From positions 62,001-95,054 of the forward strand of contig MU271315.1 of NCBI GenBank assembly GCA_021432655.1: DNA of 33,054 nt, read 5' to 3'. The position numbers and the translations under genes were made by a program. Positions 12,021 through 23,186 of the stretch are shown in pieces (the first letter of the stretch is position 1; each line of letters starts with the position of its first letter). This stretch comes from Atractiella rhizophila. Taxonomy: Eukaryota. The notes under the pieces were generated by a model. That model had not been told where the DNA came from and did no database searches. It saw only the letters and a program-made list of their open reading frames with translations.

Positions 12021-14383
12021 ATGACTTCCCCATTTTCGCCGTCTGAAGTCGAGACAGCGCAGGCCATCTTCTCAGGAGTGTACACCCCCTTCCCTACTGA
12101 TGCTGCAAAGACAATCTTGGATAATTTGGCTACCGCCGCTTCTCAGGCATCCATTAGGGGCCTCAATATGATCCTTAAAGCGCTGGGGACTAGGCCGGGG
12201 ATGCTGCTCTTGACGGGACACAACAAGTCAGGATGGCAGGAGCTTTCGCCTGATGAGAGCGAAGCGGTACTCTTGGCTTGGGGTACGTTGAATTACTTCT
12301 AGGTCATGGAAAATGCAAACTGTACTGATGATCTGACTGTGCGTGAACATAGGAAAAGGTCGAATCCCCATGCTTCGAAAGCTGTCTAACACCTTCATTC
12401 AACTCGCAAATGCACACATGTATTCCTCAGTCCCGGAAGCCATCATCCCGACCTCATATCCCTACCACTCCGCCAACCCCTCGTTTATGTCCTCGCACGT
12501 ACGCGACTCCTCTTTCGCCATCCCTACATTCACACCTGCCAGTACACCTTTTGAAACTGAGGTCTTAGTCATCGGGACTGGAGCAGGAGGAGGTGTCGTT
12601 GGGGCCCGACTGGCAGAGGCGGGATATAAGGTTTCATTCGTAGAGAAAGGAGCGTATAGGGACCGCAATTCTCTGTTTACAAACGAGCGGGAGGCGCTCA
12701 ACCATCTCTTCGAAGGCCGAGCTCTCGTAGCTACCCAGGAGGGAACCACAACGATACTAGCAGGTTCGACATTGGGAGGAGGCACGACAGTGAATTGGAG
12801 CGGATCACTGTCCCCTCCTTGGTGGTTACGAGAAGGCTGGAAAAAGAAAGGGATCGAGTGGGCTACTACAAGGCAGTTTCAGGAAAGCGTTGATGCTGTA
12901 TGCGAAAGGGTGGGAGTGACGAGGGATGTGAAACATGGACGCGCGAATCAGATGTTGATCGAAGGTTCGCAGCCCTTCTCGCTCACATTACGCTAGACGC
13001 TAAAGGTCTTGAATATAGGTGCAAGAAAGGCAGGATATGATGTTAACGTCCTTCCTCAAAATTCAGCTGGAAAGACACACAAAGTAGGTATTTTCCCTTC
13101 TATACATACAAACTTGAGCGATTGAGAACAGTGCGGGTTTTGCACCTTTGGCTGCCCCTCCGGCACCAAGAATGGAACAGTTAACACCTATCTAAGTGAT
13201 GCGAATAAAGCTGGTGCCAAGTTCTTGCTTGAGCACGAAGTCGAGCGCGTACTATTCTGCTCCTCCACGGATCCTACATATCCCTCTCTCGAAGCAACGG
13301 AAAAGGAGCTTGAGCAGTTCTCTTACTCTCCTTGGTACGGACGTACACGAGCTGTTGGCGCGATTGTGAAGGACAAGGAAGGGAAGAAGAAGGTGATTGT
13401 TGCCAAGAAGGGAGTGATCGTGTCCGCTGGCGCGCTTCATTCGCCTGCAGTCTTGTTGAGAAGTGGAATTAAGAATCCCTGGTTGGGCAAGAACCTGAGA
13501 CTTCACCCTTCGGGTTTCGTGATGGGATGGTTTGATGAGGATATCAAGCCATGGGAGGGAGACATCATGACTACTGCGTGTCTTCTCCTTAACGTCAATC
13601 GTCTGTATTAACACATTGCCCATAGCATGTCACGGAGACGGCGAATCGCGATGGAACGCATCATGGATCCAAAATTATAACAATGCAAGCGTCATTGATG
13701 TTTCACTCTACCATCGTTGGTTTCAGAAAGGGACGTGAAGCTCACAAGAGTGACGTGAGTCGCAGCCACATTGTCTATCTGACCACTTCTCTCAATTATG
13801 CTTCCTGAACAGATGGCTAATTTCAAGAACTGCCTCAATTTGAGCGTAGTAACTCGAGATCGCGACGGTGGCACTGTGTCTCTGGATCCAAACGGTGCGC
13901 CGATCTACAACTACACACTTTCAACCTACGACAGCGTGTCGCACATCGAAGGTCTGATTGCTGCTGCCAACATCCACTATGCCTTGGGAGCGAAGCGAAT
14001 AAGGACGACGCAGATTTGGGCGGATGACTTTGAAGGTGGAGACGAGGAGGCTTTTGAATCCTGGAAGCAGAACTTGAGAGCGGCGGGCACCGAGTCGAAA
14101 ATTGGCAGTGCACATCAAATGGGTACTTGCAAGATGGGAAAAAGCAGGAAGGAAGGAGTAACGGATCCTAGGGGTGCCGTTTGGGGAACTCAAGGACTTT
14201 ATGTCGCCGATACTAGCTTGTTTCCTGATTCTTCGGGGGTATGCTCCTCTTTTTTCCTCCGCTGAAGGTACGCTCAACTCGTTGTAGGTCAATCCCATGG
14301 TTACCTGTATGAGCGTTGCTCATTTCATCTCGCGTTTCATTGAGGAGGATTTGAGGACTGATCAGTTAGGAGCTAAACTCTGA
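12021..14383 (+). CDS. Long-chain fatty alcohol oxidase/dehydrogenase (GMC oxidoreductase), copy B, PTS1 AKL
   Basis: Same exon structure and motifs as copy A; needs a GC donor at 13576; ends LGAKL*. Confidence 0.88.
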
Positions 14384-14516
14384 TTGGTTTGTACAGTAAT
14401 AACAGGAAGGTGTGACAGTGTAGCTCTACAGGTTTGTCGAAGCCAGCGCGAAGTAATACCAAAAACACTAGGGAAACAGGATCAGCGTCGACAGCATTCA
14501 TAAATAATCTGCGATA

Positions 14517-16853
14517 TTAGTATCCTTCTAGCAATGCCCAAAACATCCTTGCTTTGACCGTCCAATTCCTGAGAGGACCTCTCATGACTTTTCCTTCAGC
14601 TTGTTCCATCCCTTCTCCTCTTTCCCCAATCAGCCATTCCAACCCTTGTCTCCCACATCCTTGTGCGACAGCCCACGCGCTAAAGACTGCCAACCTAACT
14701 TCACCTTGCTCTGGTTCCTTCTGCGCTCCTTCCGGTAAAGCGCCAGGCTGCCACTCATCATTTTTCAAGGTGCGAAAGTAGTACGACAGCGCGAAACTGA
14801 AGGCCCTATGCAGTCCCCAGTCTTGCGCAGCCCACACTGAGGCACCGTTTCCGATGTCCCCTCTCCAGTGCAAGGGGGAGTATTGCTGAATGCTTGCGTC
14901 CACAGTGGCTAGGTAGGTGAGAGCTTCGAGATCGAAGAAGGTATAGAAGAACGGAGTGGGACGAGCAAGCTCATGGACTAGGCCACCATTTGGAAGGATC
15001 CGTGAGGCGAGACCTCGCCCAAAGAAGTGTTCCCTGATGATCGCAGAAGCTTCCGGAGCTCTATTCATGCATATCAGAGCTGTGGATACCCTGCGGTTCG
15101 TTCACGTCAGGAGCAGTTCCGAAGTAGGAAGTCAGTGCCGCACACAGTGAGAAAGAAATCTTTGATGTTGTTTTTTCGTTTGAAAGTTTCTTTGCAGATT
15201 TCGTGGTTGAGCAGGAAATTTATGTGTCTGTCGATCCAAGGATAGAGGAAGTAGTGCGGTGAATATGGAGATGGAGGGGCAGGGAAGAGTGGGAGTACTT
15301 GAAAAATCAGGTTCAGGGGACGGAACTACAGTTGCGCGCATATGGCTTTGTCAAAAGGTGAACGCTTGCGAAAATGGGAACGAACGTGTAATCCACCTTC
15401 TGGACGACCCTTCCAATTGCCGTTTCGCCCAGGTATACATTGACCATACTGCAAGACATCAGTGATCCGGAGGTCGCTGTTATAAAAAGGACTAACCATT
15501 GTTTCTGGTTCCATACTTAATCATAGCATTCCCTTCAGAAACCCATCAGAAGCAAGATGAATTGACTCACTAAGTTTCCGGATCGTGAAAGAAGATTTTG
15601 AGAAGCCTGTAGGCTTTGTCAATAAACTGTCAAAAAATGAGCATGTCATTAAGATGATGGCCATGAAGAAATACAGTTGTGGCTCTTTGTTCATCGAACT
15701 GCATCCAAAAATGGTACGCCATAGCCAAATGATGCACTTTTGTACACATCTACTACATATCGTCAATCTCTTAGGTTCCCACTATATGAAGAGCTTACCT
15801 CTCCTAATTCTGACGCCTGCGTCGCATCCTTATAACAATCTGCCCAACAATTACCACTCTCTCAGAAGCACTACCACACAATAAGAAGTACCTTCGTCGC
15901 GCTTTCCCCTGCTCCCACCAGTATCGCGATCCCAGTCTACTGCAGTGGGCCAATCCACCCCTTCCGTTTCCCAGTTTGGATGGCACCTTTTATACTCATC
16001 TACTTGGGCTGGATCGGGGTGATATCCTGCTGCGAAGGAAAGGAAGTAATGCTTGCCTGCTCACAACGGAATTATCAGCACGGCTCACGAAGAGAAAATT
16101 TTGTCTGATCGAAAGACGGGCGTTCCCCAACAAAAGACGGTAGACGAATCACATCAAACACGCAACTGCTCTTGAACAATATTTTATAACAGCTATTCAA
16201 TAAAGCATAAGTTTTTCATGCCTTGTTCAGATGTTAATATTTCAGACTAGTGGCTGTAACATTCATCAATACTCGAGCACTCTCGTAGTGCTCCACAGGT
16301 GAGAAATGGAACATGAGAGCGCAAGAAAGTGCGTGCTTGAGAATGCTGACATAGCAAACTACTTTCACATCCTCCTCAAACCTCCTTCTAATTATCAACC
16401 ACCCATCCATGTTATGGCTTATTTTTGGTTTGGTAATACTAGGAGTCTTAAACGATTGTGGAACGTCAAGCTTTAGCGCCTATAGTATCGGATGCACGTG
16501 TTGCATGTTTCTTTCACAAGAGCTGCAAGGATGACTTGAAGGCTGCTTTATATGAAGGTAAATATAGGGAAGGTAACCAACTCACCGCCGGGGCTCCATC
16601 TCTTCGAAAACGTAACACTATAGCCCTGCTCCCTATCTGTCTCTTCCAGCACCTTCTTCGCTAAGTTCGTTATGAGTTTAAAAGCCACTGAATTCTTCTT
16701 CACCAACCCCGAATCTCTGAGCTCGATCAGTTTGGAAGGGTGGATGAACAGCTGAGGATTCGAGTGCGACTTCTTTGGGTCAGGGGGGAATGGTCCCGGG
16801 GCATGAACATGCGGCGGCAGATGGGGGTAACGAGGTGGCACCAGAGCAGCCAT
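14517..16853 (-). CDS. Alginate lyase family (PL5-like, alpha/alpha toroid) protein, divergent, multi-exon
   Basis: Spliced model: SPGGKHYFLSFAAGYHPDP; IFFHDPETYMEPETMYGQCIPG..GRPEG; KRKNNIKDFF; HELARPTPFFYTFFDLEAL. These follow the motif order of the Alginate_lyase family. Confidence 0.75.
16099..16229 (-). ncRNA. Candidate intronic H/ACA snoRNA (weak)
   Basis: UGAACAA/UUGUUCA stem, then AGAGCA (ANANNA H box), second hairpin, ACA+3 nt; 131 nt; lies in a 529-bp intron. Confidence 0.35.
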
Positions 16854-17136
16854 GGTCAATTCCCTTCCTTCGTCGTTCTGCTGCTCCACTGGCAGCAGCC
16901 ATTGGAAGTCGGTAGCGACATTTGCGACATTCTGCGACACACAAGGACAAACTTCCCGGCTTTCAACGTGTGTCAATCACCCGGTAAATGACAAGCAAGC
17001 GAGCCTGTTGAGGTAGCAGTTGCGGTCCTGGCTTTCGTGCGTCTGCCATAAAACTCTTGGAAGGCTCCTCAGAGTCGCTGAAAGATTTGACAGTGACTAT
17101 CTCGCACTAGCAACTCAGGCTTCCTCATCTACAACG

Positions 17137-18150
17137 ATGTCACTCGATGCTTTCCCCAAACACAACTCTCTCAAGCTCTCCTTTCCAATCCCTTTTGTCC
17201 TCCAAATCACAATTTCGCGTCCACCGTTGAACGCTTTCAACAAGCCTTTGTGGCTAGGCCTCAAAGACGTTGTCGATGTGGCAGCTACTCACCCCGATGT
17301 ACGAGTGATAGTCCTGCACTCAGCGAATCCCAAAATCTTTAGCGCTGGAATCGACGTGGCCGAGCTTGCTCAACTCGGTGGGCATATTGAAGGCAGCAGG
17401 GATCCGAGCAGAAATGCAGTGCTTCTCGAGAGGACTACGGCTGAGTTTCAAAATGCAATTTCTGCATTGGAGAAGAGTGATAAACCCATCATTGCCGCGA
17501 TCAATGGGGTGTGTATTGGTCTAGGTAGGTCACAGAGTTGGTTGCGCGTCATCTGAGAGGCTAATAGCGATGGAATCCAAGGCGTGGACATCGTCTCTGC
17601 TTGCGATATCCGTTGGTGCAGTGCAGACGCGAAGTTTAGCATCAAAGAAGCAGCGATGGGTCTCGCAGCGGATATTGGTACGCTGTCTCCGTTCCCAGAC
17701 CCCTTGGCGTCTAAAAAACTATCTATTTAGGCTCGCTCCAACGCTTTCCGAAGAAGGTAGGCAACGACTCGCTCGCGCGTGAATTGGTTTTCAGCGCTCG
17801 AGATTTCACTGCCGAGGAAGCTTCAAAGATTGGATACGTCAGCAATGTCGTTCCTGGTGGTCAAAAAGAGGTGCTTGCCGCCGCATTAAAGCTTGCTGAG
17901 AACATTGCGGGTGCGTCGATGTGCTCAGATAGTCTTAAAAGTTGTCTGATAAAGTCGTCCATATGTAGCCCTCTCACCTATTGCTGTCCAGGGATCGAAG
18001 AGGATCATGAATTATTCCATGAACCATTCGATCGACGAGGCGCTCCATTATCAAACGATATGGAATCAAGCCATGTTGCAGAGCGCCGATCTCAAAGAGG
18101 CCGTTACAGCTTTCTTGCAAAAAAGGAAGGCGACTTATGCAAAGTTGTGA
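17137..18150 (+). CDS. ECH1: Delta3,5-Delta2,4-dienoyl-CoA isomerase (crotonase family, ECH1-like), PTS1 AKL
   Basis: FSAGID, KPIIAAINGVCIGLGVDIVSACDIR, KEAAMGLAADIGSLQRFPK; ends KATYAKL*. Confidence 0.9.
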
Positions 18151-19045
18151 TTTCCCCTTGTGATAGGGACGTGCAGTGTATACGAAAGATATCCGAGAAT
18201 TGACTTTGCATTCTTCAGTCCTATTCTGTAGCGACAAGTGAAGTCAAGACTGTGTGGTCAAATTGGGAACCTCTGGAACTCTACTTCTCAGTACAGTTTA
18301 CCTTAAACTGACGCAATTTTGCTCATCCTGTTGCAGCCGAAAGATGACGTCTGAGTCACTCGGACAACTATCAATACTGTGACTGAGAAGTCGCTGAGGA
18401 TGCCATGAAGATGGGAACGAGCTCAAGTCTAACTGATCATTCCCTGCACTCTGGATTCTTATCTAAATCCAGGGGGTTCGAAAACCGATGTAACCCCATC
18501 ACACGGAACAGTATCGTTAATGTAACGAACTGCTTTCAGGCGTTTCAAGGTTTTTCAGATGAGTTTTGTGACATCTCTGATGCTATTTGTCGCCTTTTGT
18601 TATCGGGGGCTGCTATCTGCGCCTCCAGCCCTTAAAACCAGTTGCGTTTGAGCACTTGCCATGCCTCAAGTACTCACGCGAAGATGTTATAACGTCACAG
18701 GCCTCGAAGCTCGAAGTTTGTGACCTAGCTTGAGACAACGGATTCACACCCCGCAAGTCAAAAAACAAGTCAAAAAGGGGGTTTGTTGTCGATTTTCACT
18801 CAGCGTGGCTTCGGTTCCTTGCCAGTCGCACGATCAGATCGTTCTGGATCCCAACGCCACAAACTGGCGGGAAGGTTTCATCCAGTCGTTATATATTTGA
18901 ATGACGAACTCCTTTTCTTTTCCCGTCTCCCTTTCCTCTTCATCCCTTACTCTGACCATTATTTCCAGCTTCTAGTCTAGGCGAGTCGTTTATTGTAATA
19001 GTCGACGAGAATTGACGCCTCGGATAGGTTGCAGCCAAAGCCAAC

Positions 19046-21146
19046 ATGACAGGTGGCAACATGATTCCCTCGCCTCCTCCTTTCGTAGCTACCTCAGCAG
19101 CTTTTGCGTCTTTGTCTCTCCACCAAACCCAACTCTCCCCAGCTGTTTCGCCCCGGACGATTCCCAAGTCTCTGCGAGAAGACGAGGCAGAAGGATCGCA
19201 TATGAGGAAGAAAATCAGAAAAGTCGATTCCCTTCCCCAAGTCATTTCGTATGGTCATCCAGAAGAAGATTATCACGACATACATGCTCACGGTTTTGGC
19301 GCGAGTGGAGAGAACGAGCAGGCAACTCCCAAGACTCTTCGCTCTTCGTCGACCTTTCAACACTTTTCCTCATTTTCCAGTAGCCAGTCTAGTAGCTACT
19401 CAGCTTCTTACAACAGTGGTTCCGTCTCTCCCTCGTTTCCGACCTTCAGCTCTTCTGGTTCAATTCCTGGGTCGCTCAGTTCGACATCTTCCTTCTTCTC
19501 CAATGGAAATGTCTCAGCATCCACCAGCACCAGCTCTCTCGTATCCTCTCCAGCCCAATGCACGTCTCCCCTTCCAACTCATACTACCTTTTCTCCTCCC
19601 AGCTCTCCAGAGGAGCCTCCATCCCCACCCAGCTCTCCCTCCTCCCAACCAGACTGTACCTCCCTCCGCGCCATGACGCTCTCCGGCTACATTTTGCACC
19701 ATCTTTTCCTCTCCACATATACCATTGTCGAGGAACTCGGCTCTGGCGGCTTCGGATTCGTCGTCAAGGCGGTTCATAACGTGAGCGGTAGAGAGGCGGC
19801 CGTCAAGTTCGTGGTGAAGGAGAGGGTGACAAGGAGTGGATGGATCAAGGTTCGTGGATGGAATGGCAAAGGAATGAAACCCTCGGAGAACCAGAGGGAC
19901 GAAAGGAAAGTGCCAATGGAGGCGTACTTGCTGAGAAAGTTGAGACACCCTGGTATTGTGGAGTTCATAGATCTCTTCGAGGATGATGTTTACTTCTATC
20001 TGGTTCGACCTTCCCCTTTTTGGTCCCAATGCGTTGCATTGAAAACTGACAAGTCTGGATGGTGAACAGGTGATGGAATATCACGGTTCTCCATGGACCG
20101 CTAAATCTAAGCACGAGAACGGAGCCACATCTCCTCCTTCCCTCCCTCTGCTCGCCGCTTCCCCTAACAGCTCTCCAAAAAAGCCTCAACCTCAACCTCA
20201 ACATCAAGAGCAACCGTTCTTTGGTTCCTCGTTCGTCGACTACGCTGTCCCACCCACTTCTCCTAACGGTACAACACAATACTCTTACGATGCGATGCCC
20301 TCTTCTCCTCCCCCAGTGAAAGACGGCGCAACCCTCTTGGGCATCCCGAGACCCCCGTTGGCGACTCTCAGGAGGAGCAGCTGTGACTTGTTTGAGTGTA
20401 TCGAACAACATCAGATGTTGGATGAAGCCCGAGCAAGATTGATCTTCCGCCAAATCGTGGATGTGCTCTGTTACTTGCAGGAGCTGGGAGTGTGTCACCG
20501 AGATATCAAGGATGAGAATATAGTGGTCGACGATGAGTTCAATGTTGGCCCTCTCTTCACTACTTTCTCATAAATGCGATGGAGCTGATGTGAGATTGGT
20601 CTGAACAGGTCAAGTTGATTGATTTTGGAAGCGCCGTGATCTTCGAACCCAAAAAAGGATCGCCATACTTCAACAGGTTTTACGGGACCACCAATTTCGC
20701 TTCGTTCGTTTTCATCTCTTCTCCTTGTCCCTCATTCCCAGAGTCAATCCCGTTTCGATCTGGATAGAGCTGAAATCATGCGTGGGGAGCCTTATCAAGC
20801 GCCACCTGCCGAAGTTTGGTCACTTGGTGTCCTTCTCTCTATCCTACTCAACGGAGAGACTCCCTTTGCATCTGCGGCACACATACAATACGGTCCGTAG
20901 CATGCTTCCTTCGTTTGAGGTTTGGCTCACAAAAAAGGTTACATATGTCCAGGGAGGATGTGTCAACCGCGCGCAACTCTCAGCCGCGAAGCGTTAGACC
21001 TCATGCAAGGGTGCTTGACGGTCGACATAGAAAAAAGACTGACGGTGTGGCAAATAAGGGACCATCCCTGGCTCAAAGAGAGAGAACCCTTGAGTACACC
21101 GAGGTTGGGGATGACGACGCCGGGTACGAAGTCGAAGTTTATCTGA
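19046..21146 (+). CDS. Ser/Thr protein kinase, PASK/PIM-like (CAMK group), Ser/Pro-rich N-terminus
   Basis: ELGSGGFGFV, AAVKFV, VPMEAYLL, HRDIKDEN, DFGSA, FYGTTNFASAE, EVWSLGV. Confidence 0.92.
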
Positions 21147-21611
21147 AGTCAAGGTCTTTCTTCGATCATCTTCTCTGAGTTTGTTTGGTTTGAGTCGTTC
21201 TTGGAAGTTCCCTTCTCCATCAGTGTGAGTGAAGTGGTTGTTGATTTGTCCGAGTACAAGAAAGGTTCGATGCATCTTTCGTCCATCCCTTCCCTCATCT
21301 TCATCAGTTCGGCGGTGCATGTCCTGTATTCCTACCTAATACTCGTAACATCTAACAAGAACGAGCATGGCGCACCTCATTGTCTTCTTGTTCACCGGGA
21401 CTTTTCACATACGTCTATCCCTTACTCAAAACATCTGTCGTCCTTCTTACAGTAGTCAGTTCATAGGTTATCTTTTTTTAACTCTAGCAAGCAAAATCAC
21501 GATTTGTCACATTCAAAATGCCAATGCAATCCAAGCATGAAGTCATCATTTACAATCCGGGAACGTGTATTGTGGGCAGTTAGAATCGAAAATGAGATAT
21601 AGACGGGAAGA

Positions 21612-22956
21612 TCAACGAGAGACCATCTCGAAGCAACCCTCATGAAAGGCCCACCATCCGCCCTCTTCCTTCCCCTCGTCTGCACCACCACGTCCATCCA
21701 CAACCATATCTTCACCTCCCTGCTCTGTCCCCTGAGCTGCTGCTCCGACTTGTGTAGGCGGTGTGGCACTGAGACCAACCCAGAGTCTTCGAGTGGGAGG
21801 CTGGACGCCACCAATCTGGGTGTGCAGGTTGCGATCGTGTAGGGGAGGGAGGAGGGCGTTGCAATGTTTACATGGAAGCGAGAACAGAGAAGAGTACGAA
21901 GATAAGAGATACTACAGTCTTTCAATGAGCGAAAGTATTTGAGAGAAGGGCCGACATACGAGAACTTTGTTTATGCTTGGAGGTGCTGTTGGCGAAAGTG
22001 ATTGTAACGTAGACGAGAGCGATTGGTCGAGGAGTGCAAATAAAGAATGAGAAGAGGATTCGTAAGGCTGTCTCTATTTGCACGGTGCATTCGTGGATGT
22101 CCAAGAATGCAGCAGATAAACACGAACCTCTTCTAGCAATCCATACGTCGTTATCTTCAGCACCTTAATCGACCCTTCTTCGGATCCTCCTCCTTCTCCT
22201 TCACTCGATTCTGCGACTGTGTCGAAAGGAGGAAATCGGACAAAAAGGCACGCCTTAAACACCCGATTCACTTTCATCCAGCACACTCCATTTCCTCCCA
22301 GATTTCCTCTGCGTTCCCCGTTGTCCAAGTCTCCCGCAACTGTACCCGGCTCAAGTAAGGTGCTCTCAGTTTTCCGTCTGCGACCTTTGGTACTGTTCCG
22401 GGATGAGTACTTTGGATCAATTAGCGAGAATACGGAAGGGAACTCCTGTACACAGGTGGCTTCGAGGTCGAGAAGGGTTTCAATGGATTTAGAGAGGGAA
22501 GACGGTAGAACAAAGGGTGCTTTCGGTGGTACAATTGTCGGAGATGGCGTCGTATGTATAATTATGGGTTCTACAGGTTTTCTATCCAGAATTATTGGTC
22601 AGCAACTGCGTTATTCCACTTGAGAGGGAGGTCGAGAGGAAGACGCACGACCTCTCCTCTGCGTTCCGGACAACAATCCCAGTTCCGTCTCTCTCAGCGC
22701 TCTTGAAGGTCGAGCTTAACGCTTCCTTAGCGCCTTCTAAAGCCTTTTTGCACTCTTCAAATCTTTCGACACCTTCCTTAAATCTCTTCTTCCCCTCCCC
22801 TCCAACACCTCCTCCAACAGCAGACCACCATTCTGGTTGGTTAACGTAGAATCCTACAAGGTTAGGCAGCGCAGGCCGTAGGCGATCGAGACTGTGGAGG
22901 ACTGATTGAAGTTGGGAGCGACGGGATGAATATTCTTCTTCTGTCAGAGCTTGCAT
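21612..22956 (-). CDS. MED27: Mediator subunit 27, 4 exons
   Basis: Last exon LLSSYSSLFSLPCKHCNALL..QPPTRRLW..WWAFHEGC matches the Med27 C-terminal CxxC..HxxC zinc signature; preceding exon PYESSSHSLF. Confidence 0.8.
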
Positions 22957-23186
22957 TGTTCTTGAGAACAAGGGGAACTCTGAGCTAATCTTGGAACTTT
23001 AGATTTCTCATCCGGAGCCGAAACTTAAGTTTGTCGTTGCATCACACTCCCTCTGAACAATCCAAGAATAGGTGGAGTGACGTGGTGCTCTTTTTATCGA
23101 ATCATTACTCGGCCTAAGCCACAGGACAATGCAAGTCTAGATCAAGAGGTATACAATTCCGATTTTTCTTTAATTTTCACATGAAC

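Noticed and set aside
16227..16268. UGAUGA...CUGA C/D-box-like pair on the minus strand
   Set aside because: Too short (about 42 nt) and no recognised rRNA antisense element
18308..18350. Hammerhead ribozyme-like CUGA...GAAA
   Set aside because: Core reads CUGACGC rather than CUGANGA
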